Assembly (NCBI GenBank): GCA_951406725.2
Contig: OX597816.1
Location: 35,650,001-35,714,000, forward strand
Source of the DNA: Octopus vulgaris
Taxonomy: Eukaryota
Reading direction: 5' to 3'
Length of the DNA stretch: 64,000 nt
This document shows, piece after piece, positions 57,001-64,000 of this stretch (positions are counted from its first letter, which is position 1; each line of letters opens with the position of its first letter). The notes beneath the pieces are model-generated. The model did not search any database. It saw nothing but the letters and a program-made list of their open reading frames with translations, and was not told the origin of the DNA. A program made the translations under genes and the position numbers.

Positions 57001-57133
57001 CCCTTTGTTATCGCCTGTTTCACAAAGTCACTCTTCCTATATGCACACGCACATGTGCAGAGTGAAGGCCACGCATAAATGTTTGCGTGTATGTATGCAT
57101 GCATATGTTCGTGGGTGTATATATATATATATA

Positions 57134-57359
57134 AGGCGTCGAACTGGCAGAAACGTTAGCACGCCGGGCGAAATGCATAGCCGTATTTCGTCTGTCGTTA
57201 CGTTCCGGGTTCAAATTCCGCCGAGGTCGACTTTGCCTTTCATCCTTTCGGGGTCGATAAATTAAGTACCAGTTACGCACTGGGGTCGATGTAATCGACT
57301 TAATCCCTTTGTCTGTCCTTGTTTGTCCCCTCTGTGTTTAGCCTCTTGTGGGTAGTAAA

Positions 57360-57361
<2 letters not shown>
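57134..57361 (+). mobile_element. Full-length SINE family A copy
   Basis: Head, B-box-like 'gggttcaaattcc' and central 'gcctttcatcctttcggggtcgataaattaagtaccag'. Confidence 0.88.
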
Positions 57362-57422
<61 letters not shown>

Positions 57423-57521
57423 ATATTAATTAGAGACAAAACCACTATTATGCAAATCAAACAAAGAAAGACTTAATCCAATACATAAAAAATTTATATA
57501 AATTAAATAAAATTAAGTTAT

Positions 57522-57567
57522 CCACTACAATTGTTTCTTGTCACTTCTAAGAACATTCATCAGGTGG
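57522..57567 (-). ncRNA. Type I hammerhead motif (left arm)
   Basis: Reverse complement of 57652-57697 with one substitution (CCAC-CUGAUGA-AUGUU...GACAA-GAAACAAUUGUA^GUGG). Confidence 0.8.
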
Positions 57568-57651
57568 TTTTCAGACCTTCTATTCAATTTTAAATTATAA
57601 TTTAAATTATAATTAAATTCATAATTTAAAATTGAATAGAAGGTCTGAAAA

Positions 57652-57697
57652 CCACCTGATGAATGTCCTTAGAAGTGACAAGAAACAATTGTAGTGG
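57652..57697 (+). ncRNA. Type I hammerhead motif (right arm)
   Basis: CCAC-CUGAUGA-A-UGUC...GACA-A-GAAACAAUUGUA^GUGG: stem I CCAC/GUGG, stem II UGUC/GACA, palindromic stem III ACAAUUGU. Confidence 0.85.
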
Positions 57698-58074
57698 ATA
57701 ACTTAATTTTATTTAATTTATATACATTTTTTTATGTATTGGATTAAGTCTTTCTTTGTTTGATTTGCATAATAGTGGTTTTGTGTCTAATTAATATTAT
57801 GTAATATTTTACTACAAAATTGGATTCAATCCTAAATCTGATTTTCCCTGTAAATATGGATTTATTCCCTAATATTTATTATTATATATATATATATGTG
57901 TATGTATGTATGTATGTATGTATGTATGTATGTATGTATGTATGTATGCATGCATGTATGGATCGATGGATCGATGGATGAATGTATGTATGTATACACA
58001 CACACAAATATACAGACAGACAGACAGATCGATTGATAGATAGATAGATAGATTAGGTAGATATATATAAATAT

Positions 58075-58167
<93 letters not shown>

Positions 58168-58324
58168 TAGATAATTAGATGTGCGTGCAGATAGATTCAA
58201 CCATTGTTGCTCACGCTGAAATAGTTCGGTGGACAGTCTTTCGGATCTCTCTTCGGCGACCAGAAAGCGATGGACGACTGTTTTCATATATTCTGCGTCA
58301 AACGACTTCTTTCCTGTATTCTGA

Positions 58325-59520
58325 AGGTTTCCAGGTCAACTGCTCGACGGATTCCCGATGGACAACTTCGCGGTGGATAACTGCCCGACGGACTACTGAT
58401 AGGTATCTGCCCGATAGGGACAACTGCCCGATAGATATATGTCCGACAATTTCCCCCTATCTTTATCTGTCATTCATGTCACTTTTATTTGTCATTTGGG
58501 CGAATCTGTCTGTACTAAAAAATTGTATTGTCCTTCAGTTTGCTGAACTAAAGGACCATTAGCTGTGGAAAGGCCTAGAAACTCTATTAACAGTAGAGCT
58601 CGTGAAACGTTTTTTTTCATTTTATTTTATATACAATGGTTAGTGCCCATGCATTTCGTTAAAACTCAACGTGGTGGGTTGAATTTCTGCTATAATGGTC
58701 ACGTCTACGTTAAGAACAAGGATTTGCCCTCTAGAACTACGTTCTACGAAAGTAAACGCCGCCAGCATAACAACTGCAAGGACAAAATTATACTGTGGGA
58801 AGACATAATCAACCAGGCACTGGAGCACACTCATACTGCACGTATTCTTCATCAATATCTGTATTTGTTCGTGAAGAACTGAAGGAGAAAGTTATTACAA
58901 CCCAGCAAATTTCACAACAAATTGTAACACAAATTTGTAGAATGGTTTGGAAACAGTCTCTACTCAACTATCGGCCATGCGCAGTATCAGGCGATCGTTC
59001 AAATATATAAGCCAGCTATACACGCTCTGCATCCCATACCAAGAAACTTGTTTAGGCGCAATGGCCCAGTGGTTAGGGCAGCGGACTCTCGGTCGTAGGA
59101 TCGCGGTTTCGATTCCCAGACCGGGCGTTGTAAGTGTTTATTAAGCGAAAACACCTAAAGCTCCACGAAGCTCCGGCAGGGATGGTGGTGATCCCTGCTG
59201 TACTCTTTCACCACAACTTTCACTCTTACTTCCTGTTTCTGTTGTACCTGTATTTCAAAGGGCCGGCCTTGTCACTCTCTGTGTCACGCTGAATATCCCC
59301 GAGAACTACGTTGATCTGATCAACCGGAACCCTCATCGTCGTAACTGACGGAGTGCTTCCCACCAAGAAACTTACACGACTTGGTCATTCCAGATGAAAG
59401 CATAAAACCTGCAATGAGGAAAATTTCTTACTTTACGATAGTGCACACAGTGAGAACTATATACTTTTGTTTTCTACTGAGTAAAACTATGCGATTCTTT
59501 CAATCTCCAACCTAACCTCA
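58325..59520 (+). pseudogene. Decayed MULE-like DNA transposon 5' part with FLYWCH-type domain
   Basis: MHFVKTQRGGLNFCYNGHVYVKNK...TTFYE..RR...CKDKI...EHTH has a FLYWCH-like pattern, followed by LVIPDE...ENFLLYDS...ILLFST. Repeated 'ggacaactgcccga' motifs at 58333-58447 resemble subterminal repeats. Confidence 0.65.
59054..59361 (+). mobile_element. SINE family B with 12-bp TSD inserted in the MULE relic
   Basis: TSD 'accaagaaactt' at 59038-59049 and 59362-59373; internal deletion relative to the 53671 copy. Confidence 0.9.
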
Positions 59521-60121
59521 TGGACGCTTCTCTGTCACACTTTAAACATTCGTCCATTGTGTCTCTCACTCTTCACTCTTCCCTTCCACTAGTCAAGTTA
59601 CAGCGTAACGCATTTCGGCATTCACGGATTAATATATAGATGTTACAGATATAGTACCTAAATATTGTTTATGTACATAGAAGCGATTGATACGCATATA
59701 TAAATATTTGTTGGTTATTAATTACACTAATTAAGATTTAAAGGCATTCAATTATTAGAGAGAAGGCGTTGCTGGAGGGAGTGGTATGAAACGGAGATCC
59801 CAATTAAAGAGAGAATGTGTGTGTGTGTGTATTTGTATGTGTCTATGTAATCTTATATACGTTTACGTACGCGTACATGTATGCGAGCCTGTGTGTGTGC
59901 ATATTTGCATGTATCTATGTGTATGTATGAGTAAGTTGTGTACACATAGGTATGTATATATCCAGTCATCAATATAGATACTTCTTACAAGACAATGTTT
60001 ACTGTTAGAATGTTGGTGTCAATATATCACAGTGTTATTTACTGTTAAAACAGAGACGAGAAGGAGAGAGGATTCGAAGATTTCTCTCCACCCACTGTCT
60101 ATTTTTTAATATGTATATATA

Positions 60122-60196
<75 letters not shown>

Positions 60197-60337
60197 ATGT
60201 GTGTGTGTGTGTGTGTATACAAATATATATATATATATATACACATACATGCGTACGTACATAACCATACACAGACATAGAGACAGACACACACACACAT
60301 ATCATGTATATATATGCATGTTTATTTATATAAGTAC

Positions 60338-60379
<42 letters not shown>

Positions 60380-60745
60380 GAAATGCCTGTAGCAAGATAT
60401 GTATTCGAATATGACGCATAGCCTGTATTCAAGGCATGACAACCTACTTCCCTTCATAATCAATTTTCACATTATCCACGCACATATTTTCAAATATAAA
60501 TGAAAATAATTTGATCAACCCCAGGCTATGGTAGAAACCACATACCCTGTAAAATGTGCTAGATGATTCTTCTAATTTTCTTCGCCATAGTGTACACATT
60601 TATGAAACAGCGTTCTCTTCTTTATATCAAAATTGTTGTTTATACCGCATTTTCGCCTACGCATTCATTAATAGCCGCCATTTCCTTTTTGATGTTTTTT
60701 CTGAACATCTTCACTCGAATGAACAGAAGCTTTCACGCAAACTTG

Positions 60746-60844
<99 letters not shown>

Positions 60845-60858
60845 CATATACATATGTC

Positions 60859-61650
60859 TTTGTGTTTTCGTGTTTCATTGTGTTCAACGTTGTTTTGATG
60901 TCCTCTACCCACATATGCATGTATATATACATATAGATGTAGTTCTGTGCATATATGTATATATGCATATATTTATATATTGCTTATATTATTATATTAT
61001 ATGAGTGAACACCACGCATCCTTTTCCAAGTAAGTTTTATCTTAATAATTATGACGCGCACTCTTCACCTTCACCATTTCTCTTCTGTCTATCTCTATTC
61101 CTGTGGTTCTTCATCTTTGTTGGTTTTCTCTCCAACCCTTCCCTATTCTTCTCCTCTCCGCTTCACCGTTCCTTCTATTTTACTCCTCCTCTTCTATTCC
61201 ATCATCGGTGACACGTTATCAGAGGGAAGACATCTTTCCAACTCCTATCTTCACAATAATTTTTCTGTCGTCTTGGCTTAACAACCCTGATCGTTTGTTT
61301 TTACCGTGTTATTCTCTTTGTTCTGTCTTTTACTGTTTCTACTGTCCTGTTCTTGTTAACTGTTATTACCCTCCGCAAAAAGTCTCAAATGGTATTGAAT
61401 TTGCTTTGTGGGAAGAACTGTTTCAGCGAAGTCTCGTCTTGTCCTTACCTTTGGACGCGGAGTAGCCGAAACAGGGACAACTGAAGAAGGGGAATATTCC
61501 TTGTGTCTTGTACTCTGTTTTTTCGTTGTTTGAGAAAAGGTCGTTTTCACGTTTTTGTTTTTGTGTTTTCGTTTTTCATTGTGTTCAACGTTTTTTGATG
61601 TCCCATATATACATGTACATATACATATAGATGTAGGTATGTACATATAT
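60859..61650 (+). mobile_element. ORF-less element with terminal direct repeats (~700-bp period) in TA-rich tracts
   Basis: 'tttgtgttttcgt.tttcattgtgttcaacgtt.ttttgatgtcc...tacatatagatgtag' occurs at about 60859 and 61560. Confidence 0.65.
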
Positions 61651-61766
61651 GTATGCAGATATTTATATTTATATTTATATTTATATATATATATATATAT
61701 GTATACATATATGTATATGCATATGTATATAGATATATATATGCATATATATATACATACATACAT

Positions 61767-61795
<29 letters not shown>

Positions 61796-61797
<2 letters not shown>

Positions 61798-62661
61798 AGT
61801 GGTGTGATCAATACGTATCAAGATTGTTGCCATATAGGCTACATCATGCAGAGCAAAGTAAAGCTGCTTGGCACAGGTTAACCTTAACTTCTGTTGTGCA
61901 TGCTCACTAAGTTATAACGTTCTAACTTACTTCCTCTGTTTACAGCAGTGCTTGAAAAAAATGTGTGTAACGTGTGATCGCCGCACTGGCGGAGAAGGTT
62001 GGGCAGAGAATGTGTATCAAATTTTGCCAAAAGATTGGCGATACCTGTTCAGAAGCCTACGTAAAGATTTCAAAAACTTTTCATCGTTCTTGACACAATC
62101 AAGATCCTGTGTAAATGAAACCCAAGTTTCTTTTGGGTCAGCTACAAGCGGTTTTGGCATAAATTAGGAAGACAGGTGTCTCATTCACCAATCTTCAGGG
62201 ATAATAGACTGAACTGTACCTCATCTGCACATCCTCTGATAATGCACAGATGGTGATTCGATGATTTCCTCTCACAGCTGCTAGCTGCACGCACATCTGC
62301 GATGTTTTTTTCTCAATTCTGTTGCGAGTCTTCCAGAACGTTGGTCACTTTCGACATTTTTTCGGCCACTTGGATCCTTGTATGATCCAAACGTATCCTT
62401 GTATGCAACTCATACTCTCCTCTCCATACACTTTCTGGAAGCCTCTAAGCAGGTATCGCCATGACACCTTTGTCTGTCATGGTCAATGCGACAATCACAC
62501 GTTACACACGTTACTTCTAAGCACTGCAATAAACAGCAGAAGCGAGCTAGTCCAGTAAACCTTAGTTTGCATGCACAACAGAGGTCATGGTTATTTTGTG
62601 CCAAGCGGCTTTACTCTACTTGCTTTACTAGGGCAACAGTCCGTATACTTATTGATCAAAC

Positions 62662-62666
<5 letters not shown>
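61796..62666. mobile_element. Two convergent mariner 5' ends (composite relic)
   Basis: Left (+): TIR-like 'gtggtgtgatcaatacgtatcaagattgttgcc' then QRMCIKFCQKIGDTCSEAY. Right (-): 'gaggtttgatcaataagtatacggactgttgcc' then VESDQRSGR...FMPKPL. About 190 bp of 5' sequence is mutually homologous but diverged. Confidence 0.75.
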
Positions 62667-62739
<73 letters not shown>

Positions 62740-62841
62740 TAAAAACGGTAAGATAACAAAAGAAAGAAAGAGACCTCAATATTATGTAAATAGAGGAAAT
62801 TTATCTGTAAAATAATATGTGACAATTATTCAATAGCCAAG

Positions 62842-62900
62842 ATAGAACTCTGAGTTTCGGATGCCGAGGTGGAAATCCACAACACCATCTCTTCGGTTAT
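62842..62900 (-). ncRNA. Hammerhead motif inside a short foldback (62807-62953)
   Basis: AUAA-CCGAAGA-GAUG...CAUC-C-GAAACUCAGAGUU^CUAU. The opposite arm shows UUAU, which restores stem I. About 50-bp arms, flanked by (TA)n. Confidence 0.65.
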
Positions 62901-62946
62901 ATGAAACTCAGAGTTTTATCTTGGCTATTGAATAATTGTCACATAT

Positions 62947-63014
<68 letters not shown>

Positions 63015-63913
63015 AAATAAACAACAAGAATGACTCCGGTAATAAACATGGAGAGAGAGAGAGGGGGGGGAAGAGATCCTCTCTTACTAACAGAAATACG
63101 TATATGTAAAAATGTATACACGTATGCATAAGTACGAAACAGCACAATACAGACCCGCTGTTTATTTATAAGTAATGAGGTCCTTTGTCCATACACATTT
63201 TGTATATAATTTCGTATTTGATTTCATAAATATGATACAAGCTGCGCCCATGGAAATTCATCAGTTGTCGTGACTAGTATATATTTGTACAATTGCGTAT
63301 TATACTGATCATGCAATCTATAAAAGTGAGTGTTTTGTAGAATAGGGAACTGAATGACTTTATTTCCTTTCATTACCTTATCTATAATGGCGTTATCTTC
63401 ATTACATTCATATCAGTATTTTGATCAAATCAATGAATTATTACATTCATTATACATGAATAATGGTTAATTATCGTTATAAAGTCATATTATTAATTTA
63501 ATATTTCCATATGTGCAACGCTTTAGTGATAACTTTCTCTGGTCCCACTTAAGGCATTATGCAACTTCAACCCAATTGAGTATTCATTACAGTAAATTGT
63601 CTTACAAAACGCAATATTTATTATCATAGAATAAGTCATTGAAGCCAACACTGTGTTCTTTATCAAATTAAATTTCCAGTCACTCACTGCTAGTCTAATT
63701 CCAGGTATTAACTCTAACCTTCATGCAAATCTACCCCAGTCGTTTAAGGCAATTAGGATGTAATTTTGACAGAAACTGAACTTAAATGTTGAAGTGAATT
63801 CAACGGTTTTTTTCTGTTCTTAAATGTCTTGTAAACATCTACGTTACAATTGTCTTTGTTTCAGCACACGATCTCAGATCAAGTCACTTGTTATGCGAAT
63901 AAAACTACGTAAT

Positions 63914-63972
<59 letters not shown>

Positions 63973-64000
63973 CATACATACATATATATATATATATATT

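Larger units (their letters stand above)
57417..57882. repeat. ~390-bp near-perfect palindrome with two divergent hammerheads, plus ~80-bp tail, in (TA)n
   Basis: 57417-57600 and 57621-57803 are reverse complements with only a few mismatches. Confidence 0.9.

Overview
AT-rich, microsatellite-dense animal non-coding DNA. The SINE families and repeat landscape suggest a cephalopod (octopus-like) genome; that is an inference. I could not support any host protein-coding gene; all credible coding sequence is transposon-derived. It comprises a near-full-length Dong/R4-clade RLE LINE (36.6-40.6 kb) within a same-strand cluster of related copies at (TAA)n, a full-length but inactivated DD34E Tc1 element with IR/DR ends, mariner and FLYWCH-MULE relics, three Penelope RT/GIY-YIG fragments, a non-autonomous Helitron, MITEs and tRNA-derived SINEs. 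The most striking unannotated signal is about ten minimal type I hammerhead ribozyme motifs with palindromic stem III, several with a CCGAnGA core variant. Most lie in short ORF-less modules next to (TA)n tracts, arranged as tandem (589-nt period), partial-tandem or foldback structures. This looks like a Penelope pLTR / retrozyme-like RNA system, and two divergent copies share a covarying 3' RNA structure. All alignments and folds were done by eye.
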